64,000 nt of DNA from Balanoglossus misakiensis (GCA_040954595.2 CM082589.2:3920213-3984212); one strand, 5' to 3'. Shown: positions 1-14,089, counted from the first letter of the stretch. Notes: a model not told the origin generated them from the letters alone. Numbers and translations: made by a program.

Positions 1-3000
1 TCGAAAAATGGTCGATTTTTGAAGATTTTCCTGAGCTATAACCCATGGTTTTTATCAAGAAATGACCAAATTTTGAAAATTCGCAAAGTCGAAAAATGGT
101 CGATTTTTGAAGATTTTCCTGAGCTATAACCCATGGTTTTTATCAAGAAATGACCAAATTTTGAAAATTCGCAAAGTCGAAAAATGGTCGATTTTTGAAG
201 ATTTTCCTGAGCTATAACCCATGGTTTTTATCAAGAAATGACCAAATTTTGAAAATTCGCGAAGTCGAAAAATGGTCGATTTTTGAAGATTTTCCTGAGC
301 TATAACCCATGGTTTTTATCAAGAAATGACCAAATTTTGAAAATTCGCAAAGTCGAAAAATGGTCGATTTTTGAAGATTTTCCTGAGCTATAACCCATGG
401 TTTTTATCAAGAAATGACCAAATTTTGAAAATTCGCAAAGTCGAAAAATGGTCGATTTTTGAAGATTTTCCTGAGCTATAACCCATGGTTTTTATCAAGA
501 AATGACCAAATTTTGAAAATTCGCAAAGTCGAAAAATGGTCGATTTTTGAAGATTTTCCTGAGCTATAACCCATGGTTTTTATCAAGAAATGACCAAATT
601 TTGAAAATTCGCGAAGTCGAAAAATGGTCGATTTTTGAAGATTTTCCTGAGCTATAACCCATGGTTTTTATCAAGAAATGACCAAATTTTGAAAATTCGC
701 GAAGTCGAAAAATGGTCGATTTTTGAAGATTTTCCTGAGCTATAACCCATGGTTTTTTTCAAAAAATGAAGAAATTTTGAAAGTTCGCAAAGTCGAAAAA
801 TTGTCATTTTTGGATGATTTTCATGAGCTATAACCCATGATTATTTTCAAAAAATGAAAACATTTTGAAAGTTCGCAAAGTCGAAAAATGGTCGATTTTT
901 GAAGATTTTCCTGAGCTATAACCCATGGTTTTTATCAAGAAATGACCAAATTTTGAAAATTCGCGAAGTCGAAAAATCGTCGATTTTTGAAGATTTTCCT
1001 GAGCTATAACCCATGGTTTTTATCAAGAAATGACCAAATTTTGAAAATTCGCGAAGTCGAAAAATGGTCGATTTTTGAAGATTTTCCTGAGCTATAACCC
1101 ATGGTTTTTATCAAGAAATGACCAAATTTTGAAAATTCGCAAAGTCGTAAAATGGTCGATTTTTGAAGATTTTCCTGAGCTATAACCCATGGTTTTTATC
1201 AAGAAATGACCAAATTTTGAAAATTCGCGAAGTCGAAAAATGGTCGATTTTTGAAGATTTTCCTGAGCTATAACCCATGGTTTTTATCAAGAAATGACCA
1301 AATTTTGACAATTCGCGAAGTCGAAAAATGGTAGATTTTTGAAGATTTTCCTGAGCTATAACCCATGGTTTTTATCAAGAAATGACCAAATTTTGAAAGT
1401 TCGCGAAGTCGAAAAATGGTCGATTTTTGAAGATTTTCCTGAGCTATAACCCATGGTTTTTATCAAGAAATGACCAAATTTTGAAAATTCGCGAAGTCGA
1501 AAAATGGTCGATTTTTGAAGATTTTCCTGAGCTATAACCCATGGTTTTTATCAAGAAATGACCAAATTTTGAAAATTCGCGAAGTCGAAAAATGGTCGAT
1601 TTTTGAAGATTTTCCTGAGCTATAACCCATGGTTTTTATCAAGAAATGACCAAATTTTGACAATTCGCGAAGTCGAAAAATGGTCGATTTTTGAAGATTT
1701 TCCTGAGCTATAACCCATGGTTTTTATCAAGAAATGACCAAATTTTGAAAGTTCGCGAAGTCGAAAAATGGTCGATTTTTGAAGATTTTCCTGAGCTATA
1801 ACCCATGGTTTTTATCAAGAAATGACCAAATTTTGAAAATTCGCGAAGTCGAAAAATGGTCGATTTTTGAAGATTTTCCTGAGCTATAACCCATGGTTTT
1901 TATCAAGAAATGACCAAATTTTTGAAATTCGCGAAGTCGAAAAATGGTCGATTTTTGAAGATTTTCCTGAGCTATAACCCATGGTTTTTATCAAGAAATG
2001 ACCAAATTTTGAAAATTCGCGAAGTCGAAAAATGGTCGATTTTTGAAGATTTTCCTGAGCTATAACCCATGGTTTTTATCAAGAAATGACCAAATTTTGG
2101 AAATTCGCGAAGTCGAAAAATGGTCGATTTTTGAAGATTTTCCTGAGCTATAACCCATGGTTTTTATCAAGAAATGACCAAATTTTGGAAATTCGCGAAG
2201 TCGAAAAATGGTCGATTTTTGAAGATTTTCCTGAGCTATAACCCATGGTTTTTATCAAGAAATGACCAAATTTTGAAAATTCGCGAAGTCGAAAAATGGT
2301 CGATTTTTGAAGATTTTCCTGAGCTATAACCCATGGTTTTTATCAAGAAATGACCAAATTTTGAAAATTCGCGAAGTCGAAAAATGGTCGATTTTTGAAG
2401 ATTTTCCTGAGCTATAACCCATGGTTTTTATCAAGAAATGACCAAATTTTGAAAATTCGCGAAGTCGAAAAATGGTCGATTTTTGAAGATTTTCCTGAGC
2501 TATAACCCATGGTTTTTATCAAGAAATGACCAAATTTTGAAAATTCGCGAAGTCGAAAAATGGTCGATTTTTGAAGATTTTCCTGAGCTATAACCCATGG
2601 TTTTTATCAAGAAATGACCAATTTTTTAAAATTCGCGAAGTCGAAAAATGGTCGATTTTTGAAGATTTTCCTGAGCTATAACCCATGGTTTTTATCAAGA
2701 AATGACCAAATTTTGAAAATTCGCGAAGTCGAAAAATGGTCGATTTTTGAAGAATTTCCTGAGCTATAACCCATGGTTTTTATCAAGAAATGACCAAATT
2801 TTGAAAATTCGCGAAGTCGAAAAATTGTCGATTTTTGAAGATTTTCCTGAGCTATAACCCATGGTTTTTATCAAGAAATGACCAAATTTTGAAAATTCGC
2901 GAAGTCGAAAAATGGTCGATTTTTGAAGATTTTCCTGAGCTATAACCCATGGTTTTTATCAAGAAATGACCAAATTTTGAAAATTCGCGAAGTCGAAAAA

Positions 3001-6000
3001 TTGTCGATTTTTGAAGATTTTCCTGAGCTATAACCCATGGTTTTTATCAAGAAATGACCAAATTTTGAAAATTCGCGAAGTCGAAAAATGGTCGATTTTT
3101 GAAGATTTTCCTGAGCTATAACCCATGGTTTTTATCAAGAAATGACCAATTTTTTAAAATTCGCGAAGTCGAAAAATGGTCGATTTTTGAAGATTTTCCT
3201 GAGCTATAACCCATGGTTTTTATCAAGAAATGACCAAATTTTGAAAATTCGCGAAGTCGAAAAATTGTCGATTTTTGAAGATTTTCCTGAGCTATAACCC
3301 ATGGTTTTTATCAAGAAATGACCAAATTTTGAAAATTCGCGAAGTCGAAAAATTGTCGATTTTTGAAGATTTTCCTGAGCTATAACCCATGGTTTTTATC
3401 AAGAAATGACCAAATTTTGAAAATTCGCGAAGTCGAAAAATCGTCGATTTTTGAAGATTTTCCTGAGCTATAACCCATGGTTTTTATCAAGAAATGACCA
3501 AATTTTGAAAATTCGCAAAGTCGAAAAATGGTCGATTTTTGAAGATTTTCCTGAGCTATAACCCATGGTTTTTATCAAGAAATGACCAAATTTTGAAAAT
3601 TCGCGAAGTCGAAAAATGGTCGATTTTTGAAGATTTTCCTGAGCTATAACCCATGGTTTTTATCAAGAAATGACCAAATTTTGAAAATTCGCGAAGTCGA
3701 AAAATGGTCGATTTTTGAAGATTTTCCTGAGCTATAACCCATGGTTTTTATCAAGAAATGACAAAATTTTGAAAATTCGCGAAGTCGAAAAATGGTCGAT
3801 TTTTGAAGATTTTCCTGAGCTATAACCCATGGTTTTTATCAAGAAATGACCAAATTTTGAAAATTCGCAAAGTCGAAAAATGGTCGATTTTTGAAGATTT
3901 TCCTGAGCTATAACCCATGGTTTTTATCAAGAAATGACCAAATTTTGAAAATTCGCAAAGTCGAAAAATGGTCGATTTTTGAAGATTTTCCTGAGCTATA
4001 ACCCATGGTTTTTATCAAGAAATGACCAAATTTTGAAAATTCGCGAAGTCGAAAAATGGTCGATTTTTGAAGATTTTCCTGAGCTATAACCCATGGTTTT
4101 TATCAAGAAATGACCAAATTTTGAAAATTCGCGAAGTCGAAAAATTGTCGATTTTTGAAGATTTTCCTGAGCTATAACCCATGGTTTTTATCAAGAAATG
4201 ACAAAATTTTGAAAATTCGCGAAGTCGAAAAATGGTCGATTTTTGAAGATTTTCCTGAGCTATAACCCATGGTTTTTATCAAGAAATGACCAAATTTTGA
4301 AAATTCGCGAAGTCGAAAAATTGTCGATTTTTGAAGATTTTCCTGAGCTATAACCCATGGTTTTTATCAAGAAATGACCAAATTTTGAAAATTCGCGAAG
4401 TCGAAAAATGGTCGATTTTTGAAGATTTTCCTGAGCTATAACCCATGGTTTTTATCAAGAAATGACCAAATTTTGAAAATTCGCGAAGTCGAAAAATGGT
4501 CGATTTTTGAAGATTTTCCTGAGCTATAACCCATGGTTTTTATCAAGAAATGACCAAATTTTGAAAATTCGCGAAGTCGAAAAATGGTCGATTTTTGAAG
4601 ATTTTCCTGAGCTATAACCCATGGTTTTTATCAAGAAATGACCAAATTTTGAAAATTCGCGAAGTCGAAAAATGGTCGATTTTTGAAGATTTTCCTGAGC
4701 TATAACCCATGGTTTTTATCAAGAAATGACCAAATTTTGAAAATTCGCGAAGTCGAAAAATGGTCGATTTTTGAAGATTTTCCTGAGCTATAACCCATGG
4801 TTTTTATCAAGAAATGACCAAATTTTGAAAATTCGCGAAGTCGAAAAATTGTCGATTTTTGAAGATTTTCCTGAGCTATAACCCATGGTTTTTATCAAGA
4901 AATGACCAAATTTTGAAAATTCGCGAAGTCGAAAAATCGTCGATTTTTGAAGATTTTCCTGAGCTATAACCCATGGTTTTTATCAAGAAATGACCAAATT
5001 TTGAAAATTCGCAAAGTCGAAAAATGGTCGATTTTTGAAGATTTTCCTGAGCTATAACCCATGGTTTTTATCAAGAAATGACCAAATTTTGAAAATTCGC
5101 AAAGTCGAAAAATGGTCGATTTTTGAAGATTTTCCTGAGCTATAACCCATGGTTTTTATCAAGAAATGACCAAATTTTGAAAATTCGCAAAGTCGAAAAA
5201 TGGTCGATTTTTGAAGATTTTCCTGAGCTATAACCCATGGTTTTTATCAAGAAATGACAACATTTTGAAAATTCGCGAAGTCGAAAAATGGTCGATTTTT
5301 GAAGATTTTCCTGAGCTATAACCCATGGTTTTTATCAAGAAATGACCAAATTTTGAAAATTCGCGAAGTCGAAAAATCGTCGATTTTTGAAGATTTTCCT
5401 GAGCTATAACCCATGGTTTTTATCAAGAAATGACCAAATTTTGAAAATTCGCAAAGTCGAAAAATGGTCGATTTTTGAAGATTTTCCTGAGCTATAACCC
5501 ATGGTTTTTATCAAGAAATGACCAAATTTTGAAAATTCGCAAAGTCGAAAAATGGTCGATTTTTGAAGATTTTCCTGAGCTATAACCCATGGTTTTTATC
5601 AAGAAATGACCAAATTTTGAAAATTCGCGAAGTCGAAAAATCGTCGATTTTTGAAGATTTTCCTGAGCTATAACCCATGGTTTTTATCAAGAAATGACCA
5701 AATTTTGAAAATTCGCGAAGTCGAAAAATCGTCGATTTTTGAAGATTTTCCTGAGCTATAACCCATGGTTTTTATCAAGAAATGACCAAATTTTGAAAGT
5801 TCGCGAAGTCGAAAAATCGTCGATTTTTGAAGATTTTCCTGAGCTATAACCCATGGTTTTTATCAAGAAATGACCAAATTTTGAAAATTCGCGAAGTCGA
5901 AAAATGGTCGATTTTTGAAGATTTTCCTGAGCTATAACCCATGGTTTTTATCAAGAAATGACCAAATTTTGAAAATTCGCGAAGTCGAAAAATGGTCGAT

Positions 6001-6930
6001 TTTTGAAGATTTTCCTGAGCTATAACCCATGGTTTTTATCAAGAAATGACCAAATTTTGAAAATTCGCGAAGTCGAAAAATCGTCGATTTTTGAAGATTT
6101 TCCTGAGCTATAACCCATGGTTTTTATCAAGAAATGACCAAATTTTGAAAATTCGCAAAGTCGAAAAATGGTCGATTTTTGAAGATTTTCCTGAGCTATA
6201 ACCCATGGTTTTTATCAAGAAATGACCAAATTTTGAAAATTCGCGAAGTCGAAAAATGGTCGATTTTTGAAGATTTTCCTGAGCTATAACCCATGGTTTT
6301 TATCAAGAAATGACCAAATTTTGAAAATTCGCGAAGTCGAAAAATGGTCGATTTTTGAAGATTTTCCTGAGCTATAACCCATGGTTTTTATCAAGAAATG
6401 ACCAAATTTTGAAAATTCGCGAAGTCGAAAAATCGTCGATTTTTGAAGATTTTCCTGAGCTATAACCCATGGTTTTTATCAAGAAATGACCAAATTTTGA
6501 AAATTCGCGAAGTCGAAAAATGGTCGACTTTTGAAGATTTTCCTGAGCTATAACCCATGGTTTTTATCAAGAAATGACCAAATTTTGAAAATTCGCGAAG
6601 TCGAAAAATGGTGGATTTTTGAAGATTTTCCTGAGCTATAACCCATGGTTTTTATCAAGAAATGACCAAATTTTGAAAATTCGCGAAGTCGAAAAATGGT
6701 CGATTTTTGAAGATTTTCCTGAGCTATAACCCATGGTTTTTATCAAGAAATGACCAAATTTTGAAAATTCGCGAAGTCGAAAAATGGTGGATTTTTGAAG
6801 ATTTTCCTGAGCTATAACCCATGGTTTTTATCAAGAAATGACCAGATTTTGAAAATTCGCAAACTCGAAAAATCGTCGATTTTTGAAGATTTTCCTGAGC
6901 TATAACCCATGATTTTTTCAAAAAATGAAA
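1..6930. repeat. 88-bp tandem satellite DNA array (~79 monomers, truncated at left edge)
   Basis: Monomer TCGAAAAATGGTCGATTTTTGAAGATTTTCCTGAGCTATAACCCATGGTTTTTATCAAGAAATGACCAAATTTTGAAAATTCGCRAAG. The register is exact: monomers start at 1, 1321, 2641, 3961, 5281, 6601 and 6865 (all 88n+1). The array decays at about 6911-6930. Confidence 0.99.
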
Positions 6931-9900
6931 GTAAACTTTTCAGATAATTAATTAAATTAGAAATATATAAAATGTTCGTGTGAATACCAACCACGGCGTC
7001 CCCATCTTAACGTGTAATTTATTGCTTTATGTTTGTCCTTACTCGAGCGGAAATTATTATTTTCGCTTTCAGCCTGGATGACTTTGCAATAAATAACGCA
7101 AAGAAAACAAAACGATATTTATTTATTCTTTATTTCAGGCCATATGCCCATACTGTAAAAAATATACAAAACACAGAAACAACTCCATATAGTGGATATA
7201 TTCAATGAACTGTGTTTTTGGTAAAATGCAGGTTAGTTTTGGCCAAATGCAAGATACGTGACCTCGAAGTCTTTTACTCTTAGAATACACTTTGTTCTGT
7301 ACTCTCGATGAATGTAACGTCCTTGACAGAATCGTTCAGCTAATTCATTCGCCAGGTTTTCAATTTTCTAGTTTCAAGTTGCCCCAACAGAATCACTCAG
7401 GACAATCAGTCACCACGTAGCTCCAGGCTCGAAATTAGAAAGAGCAAATCTAGTGTCGGCGCGTCCTGTTGAGGCAAGAACCATTACAAATTAGTGGATA
7501 TTAAATATTACACACTCAGCTGAAATTGTGCATTCTGTCAGACTCTGGTTTCGCATTCTTTACATTCTCGGGCAGCTTCATAACCAAAGTAATATATAAA
7601 ATAAATATTTCAATTTTACAGCCATTCTGTGGCGGCTGTACTGTCATTTTTTTGTATTCCATCATGAAACACACAAGTTACCCTCACGTGCACACGTTAC
7701 TGACTGTAAGTGTCGTCGACATCACCTCGACACTGCTCGTGGTGCTAAATCCAGTCGCCTTTTTAATAAAGACTTGTTCGGAATCCGCTGTTATCTACTT
7801 TCATTCAACCAACCGTGAAATTAAGCTCTCTGAAGCCTCCCTGAGCGCAAAGGCCTGATATATAAATACACAGTGTTATCCAGTTACGTTGCCATGGAAT
7901 TATTGCCATAGCATCCCCATAGTTCGCTTTCCCTATATATTTCTAGTCAGGGACTTGCTTCCCATATATTAAAAGATACCGACCAAAGATATCGCGTGGC
8001 ATAGTCATCCCTCAACAAACTATGTACATGCTGAACTGATACAATATGGAAATGTTAAGTTGATAACACACACGAAAATCAACGTGATTCAATAATACGG
8101 GAACAGTCACAGAATAACATCCTATCACCGACTCATGAAACAAACAAGTTTGTTTACTTGAAGCAAAATATTTTCTCGCAAAGCCGGGGAAGATAAGCGA
8201 TGCAGGATCAATATAAACATCCTCCTGTTTTTACCAGAAATGTTTTCACGCGAAGTTATGTCAAGATAAATTATCTGGCACGAATGTATGTCGCGTGGCT
8301 GGTTATTGTGACGTTATTGGTTTTTAATTACAAACATAAATTGTGTCTAAAAGGTGAGAAAGATTTGAGGAAAAGTTATTGGTGTAGTCATTTTTCATCT
8401 ATGAGTTGTTTATCATAGTAACAGTTCGAGGCGACACTCTGCATGCCAAAGAGTGTATTTTCTTCAGAGCAGACAAAATGCAATCTTGGAGACTCTGATT
8501 AGAGGGTTTAATTAAATGTACAATTCGTGTATGGTTCGGGTCCACTTTAATTACAATCTCGGGCATTAGCTGAAACAGCACAGTACAATACTTGTTCGGT
8601 AAGATTAACTGTCAGGGGACAAACACAGACGAATGCGAAAATAAATACAAAGCACAAGCCAAAGGTGCCAGACGTTCTTAGTGGAGATTATGCGCAGGAC
8701 AAGGATTTCTCTTTCGCCAGACATGAAGTCTTAAGTGCCAATCGTTAAATTGTCTTCCCAGGACTCGACTCCAAGCCACGCGTGTACGGCCGCCCAGACG
8801 AACCAGCGAAAAAGAAGCCCTGTATTAAGGTCCGAAGCTCCGAATGCAAGAATGTCATTTTGTAATACAGAAGGCCGGGCAGTTAAGACATAAAGAGGAA
8901 AGCGTTGTCAAACAATTGCACACTAAAAACAACTTTGAATATGTGGTAATGAAGTATTCTACAGTTATATGCAAAAGAAACTTGCACAGGTCAACTTCAC
9001 GCCAAATTGAAAGTGGAAAGATCTGTCACAAATGCCTTGTCCCACCTTTTCGAGGGTTTAGAGCTGACACGGAGATGTACTCTCGTGTCAAAGGGAGTTA
9101 ATTTCCAATGAATAAATGCTCCGAAGTGGGAGTTGACTTCCTTAAGCTGTCGGGGAATTTCCTTCCGAGTGTAAATTTCACTTACATAATCTCCAAATCC
9201 ACAGCGAGTAGATTTCCACCATGTCTTTCAGGCAATCATTCTATGTCACTATATAGCTGACAATATATTTGTTGACGCAAAACGTCGGTTAAAAACTGAA
9301 TACCGCGGTGCATATTGGATAGTTTGTGTATAGCCAGAACGCAATCTGTTATTTCAAAGTTCGCGTCATTCTGATTAGTGCTTAAATGATGCAGTGATGG
9401 CCGCAAGAACCGTAGACTTTTTCATGTAAAAAGTGGCATTTTTCCCTCTGGCGGTACCTGAGTGCGGTCACAGTAAATTGATCGGCTGTTTCAAAATATT
9501 ATAATGCATATTACCCCTCAAAATGATCTTATCAATCTCGATGGATGGATGGATGGATACACTATACATGTATACACGTGTTGTCACGTGTAACAGCACA
9601 CTGCTCTTGGCCGCAAAATAAATACCGCCCTCACTCGAGGTTATTTTCATATTCCTCGGCGTGTGTACAGCGTAGCCTGGGCAGGGGAGAAGTCTTTGTT
9701 TAGGTACTGCAAATCATATACATGTCAACCTGTCCAGGTGTTTGATCCAACATCGCCTTCAAGCGGTCATGTTATCAAAAATGTACGGATCTGCGAGGAG
9801 CCCACGTGACTAACAGAATATGTAAATTTAAGCGCTTGCTGTTTCAAGTCTTTGAACAATTGCGGCCAGTTGGTGGGTCTTTAGTATCAGAGAAAAATAG

Positions 9901-12186
9901 ATTCTTGCAACAGTGAAAGCGGCATGGAGTGCATACACAGTCACAGTAAGATAAACATTAACACTCAATGAAGTCGAAACACGAACTGTGTTAGAAGTTA
10001 AGAGCACTTTATAATCATATGAGCATCGGATGATCTCCTGGAGAAAAGAAATATTCCCTGGGTTAATAATAATTCCCTAACCGAACTCTATTTCTCTTCA
10101 GAGATTTTAAATTCATCAAAATGATGTAATCCCTTGTACGTAATCAAACATACTGCCAAAGGAAATGAATAGATCAGTGAGCGGTCGAGCGTGAGATAAT
10201 AAATTGCGAGACAAATTTACACTAAGTCCGTTCAGCACATATTCTTAGCTGGATCATAGATCTTGGTTTTGCTCCGGGGACGGCGGGGTATTGTACGCAC
10301 TTACATGACTATCAATTTGGATGTAATGATACTTAATTATAGCTGAAGTCGCTGTTTACATGTTTTGTCTATTTATGTGGCTAAATCTTCTATAGTTCAT
10401 GCAGAAAATGCTAAACTACTGCAGGCGTGTTCTTCTTGTGAATTTAAGGACTCCATTATAGGCTAGAGTAGCGAAAACTGAACAATATAGCAAAGGGATA
10501 TTCCTAAATTGACCCATTGATAAAACAAACCTAACCTGCATGCGTGTTACCGTTTCTGAATAAAAGAAACAGTCGGCACACTTTGGCATTTATGTCTCGA
10601 AAGTTTACTTTACATATTGGTGGCCTGTGGATTAGCCGACTCATCTGCCGGCGGCAGGGAACTATACAATGACTGAATAGCACGTTCGCCAAAGTATCCC
10701 ACTGTTTCATTAGTTACGTCTGAAAAATATGCGTTTATGACATCCTTTAATATCAGGTTCGTGTGTCATTTCAAGCTCCATTAAAATTATTCCTTTCAAT
10801 ACGGAGAGACTGTGTGATTATTGTACTCGTTCTTGATGTAGCCGAGACTAAACCAGAGGAACAAAACTGTAATATTGACGCAACCGTTCGTACCGTTTAA
10901 CGGTAATTCGCAGAACAACCAGAAAGGTCAATATAAACCTATCAAACGCCTGACAAGGGAGATTATAAGATATTCGCCGACACGAAGTGACATTTTCAGA
11001 CGGCTTAGGTTAGTGAGTAGAACGGTGAACAAATCATTCGTAGGTTTAAACAGTGATATTATTTTCACAGGTCTCTCTAGTTTCACTAAGCGTCAAAGGT
11101 CCCAACATTGTTACACCTTAATACAATAAGACCAGAGTTTTTATTCTCAGTGTTATGAGGGAATAGCCTAACGTTGCCTTTAGCGAAAATATGAGAAAAA
11201 GGTTGGACTTCGATTTTCGAGGCGCAGACTACGTTAAGTGCGCACTCTACCACATGCAAATTAGACCTGACAGTTGATTGAGGGTCCTCTTACGGTACTT
11301 CCGGCGTTGAAATCACTCCGCGTCCTTCTTTTCACAGATGTGTATTGCCTGTGGCAGACAGACTTTGCGCTGTGGTGGCCGTATGCAAATCATCACCAAG
11401 GGTACATTTGCTTCTCACAGAAGGTTATTGGAAATTTATTTCTATGGATTGTTTTGCGGAATACTAGCACACGCGAGGCCTATCCACTGGCGTCTTTAAG
11501 ACTACGACCTGAGCGTACTGTAACCTGTGCGCAACGAGTATACTCACGAAAGAAGTTATACCAGAATTATGACTCAGAGACCTGTTATCTCTCTAGACAT
11601 TGTATATATCTTAACATATGTGTTAGCGTCAAATCCACATGTGATTTTTGACGCTAATAACATCTCCGCATATAATGCATAGGTTGCCATGGCCACAAAG
11701 TAGGTTATGATAAAGTTGATTTACCGATAAATGGGGATTTTATTACGCTTAGAACCCAAAACGACTCACACGAATGCACCGGATCTGAATCGAGTCTCCG
11801 AAGGCGACTGTTGTAAATGTTATAATTAAAATCATTGAGGACGTTAAGGCTTGTGAATTTGATCACTATACAGGTTAAACTGTGTTATTTAAAAATTCTT
11901 AGGTGCAAGTATTTTCATTTAAGACGAAATTTGATAGTTAGTTCATCTTACCAAAATATAAGTAATCACTTTCTCAGTTGTATTCAGTGAACATACAATC
12001 ATTTTCTAAAGCCTATTTAGAGTATTGTGTTTTTTTGTGAAGATTAACTGCATATAGAATCTTCACTGTCATCCCAACAGTGGTTCACACATATCTTTTT
12101 CGAAGAGAATGTTCATTTAGTGATTCCTATTGCAATATAATACGTTTGATAATTTCCATAACAGTGACTTCAGGCTTATTTTGACG

Positions 12187-13020
12187 TTAATTGCGAGCAC
12201 TTTTTATGACAAATTAACCAGGTTTGATTAGGTAATTAAGGGTTAATGTATAAAGGTCATTTACCCGTCAGTTACTCGTATGGTTAATTTTAACCTTTGG
12301 TCTTTGTCAGTTACTTTCATGAAATCAACACGCGTGTAGCCTAGGCAACAGTTCGTACCGTGACCACACGGTGGAGCATTGCGTGTGAATGTACTTCTGC
12401 CGATGCATGTGACTATACATCAAAACACACATACCTTCAGGACAGGGGTGCGGTATTCCTTGGAGATTTGGTAGAGAATTATGCTAACTTGACTAAGTTG
12501 CACTGTTGATTTGAGTGAACATCAGAACATAGTTGAATGACCATCACATTTCGCGTCTCTGACTGCATGCATGCACAGATTACCATTCACGCCACTTCAG
12601 ATCTGTGGGTTTGAAAAAAAAAGATAGGTCCATGTAAAGATCTCACAAGAAAAATTTGCTTTTTGTGCCAAAAATGCGCATATTCCCAAAATAGTGTCTT
12701 TGATATCTTGATTTTAAAAGTTACATCTCAAGAAGCATGTAGACAAAGGCTTCGGTGTTTACCCAAGAATAAATGAAATAATACGACATTCAGAAATTCT
12801 CTGGCACCATACGTATCATATTAAAGTCATTGTACTTTTTCTCAACACCCTCAGCGACGATACGAATTGTTTTCTGAGTAGATTTCATGAAAGTAATTCA
12901 TAAAGGCCAAAGGTCACGAGTAATCAAATCAGTAACTCACGGGCAATGACCTTTTATGCATTAACCCATAATTGCCAAATCAAACCTAATCAGTATAAAA
13001 TAAAATAGGCACGCAATTAA
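12187..13020. mobile_element. Degenerate non-autonomous DNA element (MITE/foldback-like) with ~140-bp imperfect terminal inverted repeats
   Basis: 12187-12326 (TTAATTGCGAGC..AGGTTTGATTAGGTAATTAAGGGTTAATGTATAAAGGTCATT..TTACTTTCATGAAATC) aligns with the reverse complement of 12881-13020 (TTAATTGCGTGC..AGGTTTGATTTGGCAATTATGGGTTAATGCATAAAAGGTCATT..TTACTTTCATGAAATC). Both ends carry TTAA. There is no internal ORF. Confidence 0.65.
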
Positions 13021-14089
13021 ATCATGAAAATAAAGTAAAACGACACTAACGTGGGGGCTTTTAAATGACAAATGGACAGCACCACTCTGCAAAGAGAACA
13101 AAGTTTACCTTGGACTCGTTTTTCGTCAAGGAGAGAATCATTTGTGAGATGCGCACGTGCAGTGAATATATATAGGCTTCATCCCATCCACCACACGAGG
13201 GCACGTCATGTGAAAATAATTGGCTGGTTCCCGCCTCAGTATTAGCCAAGCACCCAGAGACAGACAATGGGGAAAACCTCCATTTACAAACAATTCGAAA
13301 TCGGAATGGTGAATTGTGGATTAATATTCATTCACAACATATTCACATGTACATTAACATAAACGGTGTATTGTATCAAACATTATAATGGAAAAAGGGG
13401 CAGCGAGAGAAAGACCTTCTCCCTTTAAACTATTGCATATAAGAACATGGTAAGGGCTACACCTCTCCGCTGTAGTGAAAGAGGAAGATTAAAACACACA
13501 GCACGATTCATAAAATACCACCACAGAGCCTACAAAAATATAAAAACAGCAATTGCTGCAGGCGACATAGGAAGTGGGTTTCTAAGTTTCATATTAACCA
13601 AAATCGTCGTCCAGGCTTTCAGGTCTGTAACAGATAAAATGTAATCACCCTTTTGAAACAATTATCGTAAAAATGCCATGTGCACGGTACCTACATTGAT
13701 ATTATTCAACATTCTGGTCGGTCGACAGTAACGACATGACGTAAATTATCTACATTCGCAATACCATATCCATCAACCGCTCTTTCTGCTAAAGATGTAA
13801 AACTGCTCGATCATGGTTGCCTGCATAAAAAAATACCTTCAGGTGCTTTTGATGCCTTGGCTAACCGGAAATCACCCACCTACTTTCAATTTCTCTGTGC
13901 GATAGATCAAAATAAAGTGTGAATTTAACGGGATACCTGGCTCTTCTGCGTTTCCTTGCACATGTTTCTTTTGACCTAATTCTGTGTCCCTGCAGTGTGA
14001 ACTCGGTAAGTGTGTCGCCTTCGCGCCTGGCCAGTGTTACTTTCCCGTCACTTTTTGGCCACACAGTCTGCCTGTTTCCTAGGGTTACC

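Noticed and set aside
1-6930. CRISPR array or coding repeat (ORFs 6724-6921 and 6812-6994)
   Set aside because: Monomers abut with no unique spacers and the context is eukaryotic. The ORFs are by-products of the satellite edge.
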